Part shown: piece after piece, positions 6,054 through 13,360 of the stretch | Layout: each line of letters starts with the position of its first letter | How positions within the stretch are numbered: position 1 is the stretch's first letter | NCBI RefSeq assembly: GCF_000829435.1 | Contig: NZ_JXRP01000009.1 | Span: forward strand, 865,720 to 889,719 | Direction: 5' to 3' | Length of the DNA: 24,000 nucleotides | Origin: Jeotgalibacillus soli | GTDB taxonomy: Bacteria; Bacillota; Bacilli; Bacillales; Jeotgalibacillaceae | Translations under genes and position numbers: made by a program | Notes under the pieces: generated by a model | The model's input: the letters and a program-made list of their open reading frames with translations, nothing else | Told to the model about the DNA's origin: nothing | The model's database searches: none

Positions 6054-7547
6054 ATGGAAAATGTTTCGTTAATTGAAGTTTTAGTCATAATGTCACTTAC
6101 AGCTTTAACGGCAATGGCTGCCCATTGGGGTAAAGCGGTATTTCATGATGGGATTCGCCCGATTATTCCTGAATATTTGGAAGGCAGAATGAAACGGACG
6201 GAACTTGCGTCCATTTCATTCGGGTTAAGTATTGGATTTATCGTATCTGTTGGAATTTCGTTCGCCGTGTCATTTGATCTATTAAATCCATGGCTATTAT
6301 TCCTTCCCACAGATATTTTAGGTGTTATCGCAACGAGATGGTGGATGGCTGCAGCACTTGGTGGAGCTTGGGGACTTGTAGCATTATTTGGGCTTACTGG
6401 CGTTCAAACCGTTTTTGCCATGCTGCCTGTTGATATCTTTAGCGCGCTAGGTGAACTATCAACGCCTGTACTTGTTGCCTTTACTGCTTTTCCGATCATT
6501 GCGATCCTCTATCAATTTGGATGGGTTAGAGCACTTATTTCTGGATTTATCGTATTGATTGTTCGTCAATTGCTGCCTGTTGTTGGCGGTAATTTTACAG
6601 ACAACGCTGATGCGAATTTAGAGCAAGCAAGTCAATTGGCTGGCATTACGCTGCCTGCAGATGGTGACTTTGCTGCCAAAGTTAATGCGCTTACAGATGC
6701 TGCTGGGAATAACCAGCAAATACAGGATTTAATCTCGCAAGCTACAAATAATTTTTCACTAGGTACGACGATTTCAAGCTTTACCATGCAAATCGCTGTA
6801 CTGATGTTAATGGGTATGATTTTATTAGTTGGTTTTGCCATCAGAAAAGATCTTAAAAACAAAGTAGCAATCAGTGTAGATACAGATGAAGAGAGTCTAT
6901 TTGACGCTCGTACAAAACGCATTTATAAAGGTATTCCTATTCTAGCAGGTATCGGTGCACTTTTAGCTATCGCGGCCAATATGGGGCTAATGACTGGTTC
7001 CGAGGTGTCTGGTCCAATTCTTCAGCAGGCATGGCAGGCTACGGGGCAAGAACAGGCCGATCTATTACAAAGTGCGGCGATCGCTGATTTTATCAGGGGG
7101 ATCAGTTTTATCCCATTGATCGTTACAACCGCTTTAGCAACAGGTGTATATGGGGTTGTTGGTTTAACCTTCGTATTCCCAATTGGTTATTTATTGCCGA
7201 ATCCATTTTTGGCAGGGATTGCTGGAGCAGTTTGGATTTGTTTGGAAATTATTGCTCTTCGTGGAATTGGACGTTTCCTTCAGCGCTTCCCGTCATTGCG
7301 TGAAGCATCTGACAACATCCGTTCATCCATGAACTCGATGATTGAGCTTGCTTTATTTATCGGTGGAGCATTTGCCGCAATGGTAATGGCACCAGAGGCA
7401 GTTGGCTTATCTCTAACCATTTACATTTTGCTGTATGCTGCCAACGAAGGTCTTGGACGTCCTGTTATGAAGCTTGCTGCTGGTCCAGTAGCGATTATCT
7501 TAACAGGTATCATCCTAAACGTACTGTATTTCCTTCAATTAGTATAA
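6054..7547 (+). CDS. yhfT: YhfT-type polytopic membrane protein (putative permease)
   Basis: 497 aa and very hydrophobic, with many TM-length segments. RBS TAGGAGGT lies 6 nt upstream. It begins 10 nt after the yhfU-like stop. It contains one long hydrophilic segment (codons at 6591-6770). Confidence 0.75.
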   Translation: MENVSLIEVLVIMSLTALTAMAAHWGKAVFHDGIRPIIPEYLEGRMKRTELASISFGLSIGFIVSVGISFAVSFDLLNPWLLFLPTDILGVIATRWWMAAALGGAWGLVALFGLTGVQTVFAMLPVDIFSALGELSTPVLVAFTAFPIIAILYQFGWVRALISGFIVLIVRQLLPVVGGNFTDNADANLEQASQLAGITLPADGDFAAKVNALTDAAGNNQQIQDLISQATNNFSLGTTISSFTMQIAVLMLMGMILLVGFAIRKDLKNKVAISVDTDEESLFDARTKRIYKGIPILAGIGALLAIAANMGLMTGSEVSGPILQQAWQATGQEQADLLQSAAIADFIRGISFIPLIVTTALATGVYGVVGLTFVFPIGYLLPNPFLAGIAGAVWICLEIIALRGIGRFLQRFPSLREASDNIRSSMNSMIELALFIGGAFAAMVMAPEAVGLSLTIYILLYAANEGLGRPVMKLAAGPVAIILTGIILNVLYFLQLV

Positions 7548-7555
7548 ATTCATTG

Positions 7556-7585
7556 AAAGGTAGGAGCATTCCTACCTTTTCCTTT
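7556..7585 (+). terminator. Intra-cluster hairpin (attenuator, partial terminator or processing/stability element) between yhfT-like and php
   Basis: Perfect 10-bp stem AAAGGTAGGA (7556-7565) / TCCTACCTTT (7570-7579) with loop GCAT, followed by an interrupted U-tract TCCTTT. It starts 9 nt after the yhfT-like stop and ends 14 nt before the php ATG, running into the php RBS GGAGAG (7587-7592). Confidence 0.5.
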
Positions 7586-7599
7586 AGGAGAGATTTTAT

Positions 7600-8514
7600 A
7601 TGAAAATTCAATCTGTTACAGGTCCGGTCGATCCTCAATTTTTACAAAAAACGATGATTCATGAGCATCTTGTATTTGATCTATCAGAAGTTCGCGAGGA
7701 AAAAGATGCAGATTCCAAGCTTGAAAATTCACCAGAGCTGGATCAAGAAATAAAGAGAATTATCGAATCGGGATGTAATACTGTCGTCGAGGTATCAAAT
7801 ATTGGGATGGGCCGGGATGCCAAAGCGATGTTCGATATTGCAAAAAAGCATAATTTAGTCATTATAGCTTCTACCGGCTTCTATAAAGAATCAGTATATC
7901 CATCTTTTGTTTTTGAAAAAACGAAAGAAGAGCTTGCCGAAATCATGATTCGTGAAATTGAAGATGGAATGGACGATACGACGATCAAAGCTGGTTTGAT
8001 AGCTGAAATCGGCAGCAGCTATCAAGAGATCACCGAAACGGAGAAGAAGGTTTTTGAAGCTGCGATCCTTGCTCATAAAAAAACAGGTGCTCCAATCAGT
8101 ACGCATTGTGAAATCGGAACAATGGGAAAAGGGCAGCTTGATCTTTTTCAAGAAAATAATGCTGATATGAGCCGTATTTCTTTTGGGCATCAGGATTTAA
8201 ATGAAGATATTGAAGAACAGCTTGAATTGTTAAAAAGCGGTGCGTTTATTCAATTCGATACAGTAGGAAAAAACAGCTACAGAAGAGATTCAGACAGACT
8301 TAGCAATCTGATCGAATTACTTAATCTCGGGTACGAAGATCAATTGATGCTATCTTGTGATATTACAAGAAAATCTCATCTAAAAAGCTTTGATGGATAT
8401 GGTTACAATCATCTTTTCGAGGATTTCATTCCTGCATTATTAAATAACGGAGTAAAGGAAGAAACCATTGATAAAATGCTTGTTCAAAACCCGCGTAGGT
8501 TTTTAGCTTTTTAA
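7600..8514 (+). CDS. php: Phosphotriesterase-homology protein (amidohydrolase superfamily, Php/PTE-like lactonase group)
   Basis: 304 aa. From memory it aligns block by block with E. coli Php: HEHL..DLS (metal-binding HxH), KAGLIAEIGSS, EKKVFEAAILAHKKTGAPISTH, FGHQDL, GAFIQFDTVGKNSY, LSCDITRKSHLKSFDGYGY, FIPALL, MLVQNPRRF. Confidence 0.92.
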   Translation: MKIQSVTGPVDPQFLQKTMIHEHLVFDLSEVREEKDADSKLENSPELDQEIKRIIESGCNTVVEVSNIGMGRDAKAMFDIAKKHNLVIIASTGFYKESVYPSFVFEKTKEELAEIMIREIEDGMDDTTIKAGLIAEIGSSYQEITETEKKVFEAAILAHKKTGAPISTHCEIGTMGKGQLDLFQENNADMSRISFGHQDLNEDIEEQLELLKSGAFIQFDTVGKNSYRRDSDRLSNLIELLNLGYEDQLMLSCDITRKSHLKSFDGYGYNHLFEDFIPALLNNGVKEETIDKMLVQNPRRFLAF

Positions 8515-8676
8515 TTTGATAACAATATTTTATAGAAGAAAGACGTACGAAAATTCACTTTAATTTCTTATATTAGGGCTTTGTTAAACGTGTCTGTTGA
8601 TTTCCTCTCCAATTAACGCTGTGCATAAATAAACAATGGACTTTAACATAGCTTGTGTTAGAAAGAAGGGTACGTG

Positions 8677-9783
8677 ATGGCTGATCAATCTGTATTAAAA
8701 AACATGACTTTTGAAGAAGCGAAAGAGCTTCAATTTCGGCTAATGGATGAAGTAACAAAGGAATTCAAAAATAATGAGTTTTTTCAGACAGGTGATGTAG
8801 GTATTCATCCAGCCTATAATCGTCCATTAATGACAGCGAGGATCGAAAGTGTACTGGCAAAAACCTTTGATTCAGAAGCGTGTGCATTGGTTCGGGGAAG
8901 TGGAACGGGCGCCATTCGAAACATTCTTAGCGTATTAATGGAGCCCGGTGAACAGTGTATTGTTCATGAAGCACCAATGTATACAACAACAAAGGAAACC
9001 TTTCGTTTAATGGGATTAAAGCAAAAACGCGTTAATTTTAATGATCGAGCCGCATTGATTAAAGCTCTTCAGGAGGATAAACAATCGAAGGTTTTTTATG
9101 TTCAGCATTCTCGTCAGCAGCCGAACGATACTTATAACTTGAAAGAGATCATTTCACTTGTAAAAGAACATGGTCGGGATTTACCGATTGTGGTTGACGA
9201 TAATTATTGTGCCATGAAAACAATAGAAATCGGCACCCAGTGTGGGGCAGACTTTTCTGCATTCTCTGGTTTTAAGCTTTTAGGGCCTGAAGGAATCGGA
9301 ATTATTCTAGGTGGAAATGAGAAAATCCAGCAGCTTCACGATCGGAATTATTCGGGCGGAGGACAAGTGCAAGGCCATGAAGCACATGAATTACTCATCA
9401 GTTTATCCTCTGCACCAGTGATGCTTGCCATTCAAAATGAGCAGGTTGAGCATTTATGCTCCCGGTTAAGCGAGGGTGAGGTAAGCGGAATCAAGCAGGC
9501 TTATATGACAAACTCACAATCAAAAAATGTCATTATAGAATTCGAGCAGCCAATTGCTGAGCAAGTGATTGAATTGGCTTCTAAGTTTGGGGCAGCAACT
9601 TATCCGGTTGGTGCTGAGTCGCGCTATGAATTAATACCAATGATCTACCGGGTATCTGGAAGCTTTATTGAAAGCAGACCCGAGCTAAGACAACATGGGG
9701 CACGAGTAAATCCTATGAAATCTTCTGCAAATACCGTTGTACGAATTTTACAAAATGTAATGGAAGAAATATCAAGGGGGTAA
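8677..9783 (+). CDS. yhfS: PLP-dependent enzyme, aminotransferase class-V-like fold (YhfS-type)
   Basis: 368 aa from ATG 8677, with RBS AGAAGGG 6 nt upstream. The candidate Schiff-base lysine motif SAFSGFKLLGPEGIG resembles the class-V pattern S-x-x-K-x-x-G-P-x-G-x-G. E. coli YhfS is about 360 aa. Confidence 0.7.
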   Translation: MADQSVLKNMTFEEAKELQFRLMDEVTKEFKNNEFFQTGDVGIHPAYNRPLMTARIESVLAKTFDSEACALVRGSGTGAIRNILSVLMEPGEQCIVHEAPMYTTTKETFRLMGLKQKRVNFNDRAALIKALQEDKQSKVFYVQHSRQQPNDTYNLKEIISLVKEHGRDLPIVVDDNYCAMKTIEIGTQCGADFSAFSGFKLLGPEGIGIILGGNEKIQQLHDRNYSGGGQVQGHEAHELLISLSSAPVMLAIQNEQVEHLCSRLSEGEVSGIKQAYMTNSQSKNVIIEFEQPIAEQVIELASKFGAATYPVGAESRYELIPMIYRVSGSFIESRPELRQHGARVNPMKSSANTVVRILQNVMEEISRG

Positions 9784-9790
9784 CACACCC

Positions 9791-10954
9791 ATGTTTATCA
9801 ATATGACACTAAGACGAAATGAAGGACTAATTAGAGCAGCAGCTAATCTCCATCAAGAGGGGAAAATTCCAGCTAATACGTATGTAATTGATTTAGATTC
9901 ACTTGAACATAACGTAAATAAGCTCAGTCTAACAGCACAACAGCATGAAATGAATTTATATTATATGACCAAACAAATCGGCCGAAGCGGCTTTGTTGGG
10001 CAAGTAATTGAACAAAATGGAATTAAACGTGCAGTAGCCGTAGATATTGATGAAGCATTTGAGCTCAAAAAGACCAATTGCGAGATTGGTAATATTGGAC
10101 ATATTGTACAGCCTAGCAAGTCCCAATGGAATGAAGTATTAACGTATTTAAAGCCTGAAGTAGTGACATTGTTTTCGAGCGAAAGAGCCAAGCAATTATC
10201 TGATGCAGCCCTTGCTTTAGGTAAAATTCAAAATGTAATTCTTCGAGTAATTAAGCCGGAGGACATGGTATATCCTGGCCAATTTGGCGGCTTCTTATTG
10301 GGTCAGCTGGATGGTTATTTGGATGAAATATTGAAATTAAAAGGAATTCGGGTCATTGGTATAACCAGTTTTCCAGTATTACAAATAAACGATGAAAAAG
10401 ACGATTTCGCTTTTACTTCTAATATGCAAACCATTCAGAAGGCACGTGAAATCTTTGAAAATAAAGGGATTGCTGTTACTCATATCAATGCTCCTAGTGC
10501 GACAAGCTGTCATACGATTCCAATGCTAAAAGAATTTGGTGTCACTCATGGTGAACCTGGTCATGCGCTGACTGGAACGACGCCTTTACATGCGTATCGA
10601 GATGATTTGCAAGAGATTCCTAGCATTGTGTATACTTCTGAAATTTCCCATATGGATGAGGAGTACGCCTATACAATTGCGGGCGGTTATTATCCGCGTT
10701 CAAATATGGAAGGTGCATTATTTGGGAGTAATGGATCGGACGTACTAAACCAGCGTACAACTGTCGATCTAGTGTCACCTGAAAATATTGATTATTACGG
10801 CTGTTTAAAAAAACAAGATCAAATGAAGGTCGGGGATTCAGTTATACAAGCATTTCGAACTCAAATCTTTGTTACAAGGGCTCATGTTGCCTATGTAAGA
10901 AACGTGAACTTTCATAATCCCGAGTTAGTTTATTTTCAAAGAAGGGGGATGTAA
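9791..10954 (+). CDS. yhfX: Alanine-racemase-fold (fold-type III) PLP enzyme (YhfX-type)
   Basis: 387 aa, the length I recall for E. coli YhfX. It starts 7 nt after the yhfS-like stop. An early lysine in LYYMTKQIGRSGF is positioned like the PLP lysine of alanine-racemase N-terminal barrels. The family call rests on memory and context and needs an HMM check. Confidence 0.65.
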   Translation: MFINMTLRRNEGLIRAAANLHQEGKIPANTYVIDLDSLEHNVNKLSLTAQQHEMNLYYMTKQIGRSGFVGQVIEQNGIKRAVAVDIDEAFELKKTNCEIGNIGHIVQPSKSQWNEVLTYLKPEVVTLFSSERAKQLSDAALALGKIQNVILRVIKPEDMVYPGQFGGFLLGQLDGYLDEILKLKGIRVIGITSFPVLQINDEKDDFAFTSNMQTIQKAREIFENKGIAVTHINAPSATSCHTIPMLKEFGVTHGEPGHALTGTTPLHAYRDDLQEIPSIVYTSEISHMDEEYAYTIAGGYYPRSNMEGALFGSNGSDVLNQRTTVDLVSPENIDYYGCLKKQDQMKVGDSVIQAFRTQIFVTRAHVAYVRNVNFHNPELVYFQRRGM

Positions 10955-10957
10955 GGA

Positions 10958-12145
10958 ATGAGAAAAATGACTCTCCTTGTACTCGACGGATTCGGTATCG
11001 GGGCAATGGATGATTGTAAAATTGTCAAGCCTGAAGATGTGAATGCCAATACCTATAAGCATATACGAGAGGCCGTTGATTTATTAATTCCTACATTATA
11101 TAAGCTTGGGCTTGGGAAAATAGTGGACAATGAGGGTGTTCCTGTTGCAGCATACGGTAAAAGTAACTTAGCACACCCAGGGGCAGATACATTTTTAGGG
11201 CATCAGGAGTTAATGGGAAGCAAGCCGAAAGAACCCAATAAGCGTTTAATGATGGATGTGGGGATTCATATCAAGGCTGCACTGGAAGCAAAGGGCTATG
11301 AAGTAAAATATGCAGTTGACCGGGGAACGGCATTGCTTGTTAATGGTTCAGTGGTTATTGGCGATAATCTTGAATCACAGCTTGGAAACATTATAAATGT
11401 CGTCGGTGATTTGAACCATCTATCGTTTGAGGAGCTTACTGAAATAGGGAAAATCGTTAGAGAAAATGTTGATACAAGCAGAGTGATTATTTTTGGCAAT
11501 GAAAAGACAACAATTGAAACCATTCTATCGGTTGTGAAAGAGAATCATCCTGGTCAATGGGGAGTGGATAGTCCAAAAGCAAATGTATATGGTGAGGGGT
11601 ATCGCGTACTTCATTTAGGCTATGGCGTTGATTACCAAAAACAATTTGCATACATGGCCGAACAAAACAACGTTCCCGTATACCGTATTGGAAAAACCGC
11701 TGACGTAATTCAGGCAGAGGGATTTAAAGACCCTGTGGTCAATACAAAGGACGTGCTGGAGACCTACCGCAGCTATTATAGAAACAGTGAAGAGAACGCT
11801 GTTTTTCTTGTAAATGTTCAAGAGACAGATCTAGCCGGGCATAAAGAAGACAGTCAGTGGTATAAGGAAGTATTAGAAGAGTCTGATCGATTTTTAGCAT
11901 CATTTATAGAAGAAATGAATGATGACGATTTGTTAATTATCACAGCAGATCATGGGAACGATCCAACAATTGGCCATTCAAATCATACAAGAGAACAAAC
12001 GCCAATATTGATTGTTGGTAAACATGTAAAAGCAGTTACAATCGGAACGAGAGATACAATGGCTGATATTGCAGCAACGATGGCGGATTTCGTAGGTGTT
12101 GAGAAACCTGAGTTTGGTAAAAGCTTTCTGCAGGAGATTTTGTAG
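10958..12145 (+). CDS. yhfW: Phosphopentomutase-like metalloenzyme (alkaline-phosphatase superfamily mutase, YhfW-type)
   Basis: 395 aa. DeoB-like motifs LVLDGFGIGAMDD, GHQELMG and ITADHGNDPTIGHSNHTREQTPILI. It starts 3 nt after the yhfX-like stop, with RBS GGGGGA. Confidence 0.8.
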   Translation: MRKMTLLVLDGFGIGAMDDCKIVKPEDVNANTYKHIREAVDLLIPTLYKLGLGKIVDNEGVPVAAYGKSNLAHPGADTFLGHQELMGSKPKEPNKRLMMDVGIHIKAALEAKGYEVKYAVDRGTALLVNGSVVIGDNLESQLGNIINVVGDLNHLSFEELTEIGKIVRENVDTSRVIIFGNEKTTIETILSVVKENHPGQWGVDSPKANVYGEGYRVLHLGYGVDYQKQFAYMAEQNNVPVYRIGKTADVIQAEGFKDPVVNTKDVLETYRSYYRNSEENAVFLVNVQETDLAGHKEDSQWYKEVLEESDRFLASFIEEMNDDDLLIITADHGNDPTIGHSNHTREQTPILIVGKHVKAVTIGTRDTMADIAATMADFVGVEKPEFGKSFLQEIL

Positions 12146-12199
12146 AGCTTTATTAGAATCCAAATTTGATATTTGCCTTTAACGAGAGGAGTGCAGCGG

Positions 12200-12949
12200 A
12201 TGAAACTTGTTAAAGTTAAAAACTATGAGGAATTAAGTGCTTTTGCGGCAGAAAAAATTCTTGAAAAAGTACGTTCTTCTAACAGGGTTTCACTTGGTCT
12301 TGCAACAGGAGGGACCCCTGTCAGAACCTATGAATTATTAATTGATGATTTTAAAAAGAGAAAGACTTCCTATCAGCATGTTCATACGTACAATTTGGAT
12401 GAGTATGTAGGGATAGCGGCTGATGCTCAAACAAGCTATCAATATTACATGTTTGAGCATTTGTTCAATCATATTGATATACCGAAAGAAAATGTTCATC
12501 TTCCAAATGGTACTGCTGAAAATATTCTGCAGGAAACGCAAAGATATGAAGATGCAATCGATAAACTGAAAGGTGTAGATCTGCAGCTTCTTGGAATTGG
12601 AGAAAATGGACATATCGGCTTTAATGAACCAGGAACGCCATTTGATCGGACGACTCATGTGACAGAGCTTGAAGAATCTACGAGAGAAGCCAACTCCCGT
12701 TATTTTAATAGCCTGGATGAGGTGCCGACCCATGCTATTACCATGGGGATTGCAACGATTTTAAAAAGTAAAGAAATCGTTCTTCTGGCATCAGGAGAGA
12801 AAAAAGCTGAAGCCCTCTATCAAATGTTTAATGGAGAGATCAGCAATAATTGTCCGGCTTCTGTATTAAGAAATCATCCGAATGTGATTGTAGTAGCAGA
12901 CGAACAAGCGGCATCAAAACTTGAAAAGCTCAGCACTGTCAGTAACTAA
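12200..12949 (+). CDS. nagB: Glucosamine-6-phosphate deaminase
   Basis: 249 aa from ATG 12200, with RBS GAGAGGAG. Motifs GLATGGTP, NLDEYVG, LLGIGENGHIGFNEPGT and AITMGIATIL. Collinear with B. subtilis NagB from memory. It begins 54 nt after the mutase stop with no intervening hairpin. The TTG-12173 extension was rejected. Confidence 0.93.
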   Translation: MKLVKVKNYEELSAFAAEKILEKVRSSNRVSLGLATGGTPVRTYELLIDDFKKRKTSYQHVHTYNLDEYVGIAADAQTSYQYYMFEHLFNHIDIPKENVHLPNGTAENILQETQRYEDAIDKLKGVDLQLLGIGENGHIGFNEPGTPFDRTTHVTELEESTREANSRYFNSLDEVPTHAITMGIATILKSKEIVLLASGEKKAEALYQMFNGEISNNCPASVLRNHPNVIVVADEQAASKLEKLSTVSN

Positions 12950-12967
12950 TAATGCTATATGAATTGC

Positions 12968-13020
12968 AAAATAAGCCAAATTTACTGGACACCAGGGATT
13001 AGGCTTATTTTCATTTCATT
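12968..13020 (+). terminator. Rho-independent terminator ending the yhf-like/nagB transcription unit
   Basis: Outer stem AAAATAAGCC (12968-12977) / GGCTTATTTT (13002-13011). Inner helix CTGG/CCAG, followed by a T-rich tail TTTTCATTTCATT. Confidence 0.7.
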
Positions 13021-13087
13021 CGAGTTTGTTCTATTGTTAGTATAAGCTATGGTAAGTATCTTTGTAGATTTTGGTGCTAGGTTACAT

Positions 13088-13200
13088 GGTGCGGAAGGAG
13101 TTAGGCAAAGCGTCAAACGAAGACCCCGCAGGCGTTGATATACCGCCCGTGGAAAGTGAAGGCCTTAAATGGAATTCAACAGGCTGTTTTAATAGAGTCT
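13088..13200 (+). repeat. Dispersed intergenic repeat, copy A
   Basis: GAAGACCCCGCAGGCG...TACCGCCCGTGGAAAGTGAAGGCCTTAAATGGAATTCAACAGG...AATAGAGTCT aligns with the reverse complement of 22008-22127: GAGACTCCACAAGCAAGCG...GACCGCTTGCAGAAAGTGAATGCCTGAACCGGAAATCAGCAAG...AACAGAGCCT. Confidence 0.75.
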
Positions 13201-13360
13201 TTCAACTAAAAAGCTCTCATTCATTTTTTGCACCGAGTTGATTAGAGCGGGCGCCTGAAGAGGAACTCACCGGACATGTTTAACGGAGTCTTATTATAAA
13301 GTGAAAGTGTCTACTAATTTAACTTATCTCTTTTAAAATCTGGAAAGGCGTGAATAGAAA

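Noticed and set aside
5760-6088. Two antisense ORFs (80 and 69 aa) opposite the DUF2620 gene
   Set aside because: Shadow ORFs with no RBS and atypical composition.
6632-6922. 96-aa antisense ORF inside the membrane-protein gene
   Set aside because: Shadow ORF opposite a confidently coding region.
7891-8190. 99-aa antisense ORF inside php
   Set aside because: Shadow ORF. The php frame aligns with E. coli Php throughout.
8573-8758. 61-aa minus-strand ORF spanning the php/yhfS-like gap
   Set aside because: It overlaps the start of the PLP-enzyme gene on the opposite strand, with no RBS or family features.
9961-12163. Antisense ORFs (9961-10191, 11296-11523, 11615-11821, 11978-12163)
   Set aside because: All lie opposite well-supported genes and show no independent signals.
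12173-12199. TTG-12173 start for nagB
   Set aside because: ATG 12200 is preceded by GAGAGGAG at proper spacing and matches the usual NagB N-terminus (MK.V.V).
12338-12733. 131-aa antisense ORF inside nagB
   Set aside because: Shadow ORF.
13020-13360. Riboswitch or T-box leader upstream of the HisJ-family phosphatase
   Set aside because: The structured-looking, GC-richer part is explained by the dispersed repeat, which also occurs at 22008-22127 in a context with no his/aa-tRNA-related gene. I could identify no specifier/T-box or known riboswitch core.
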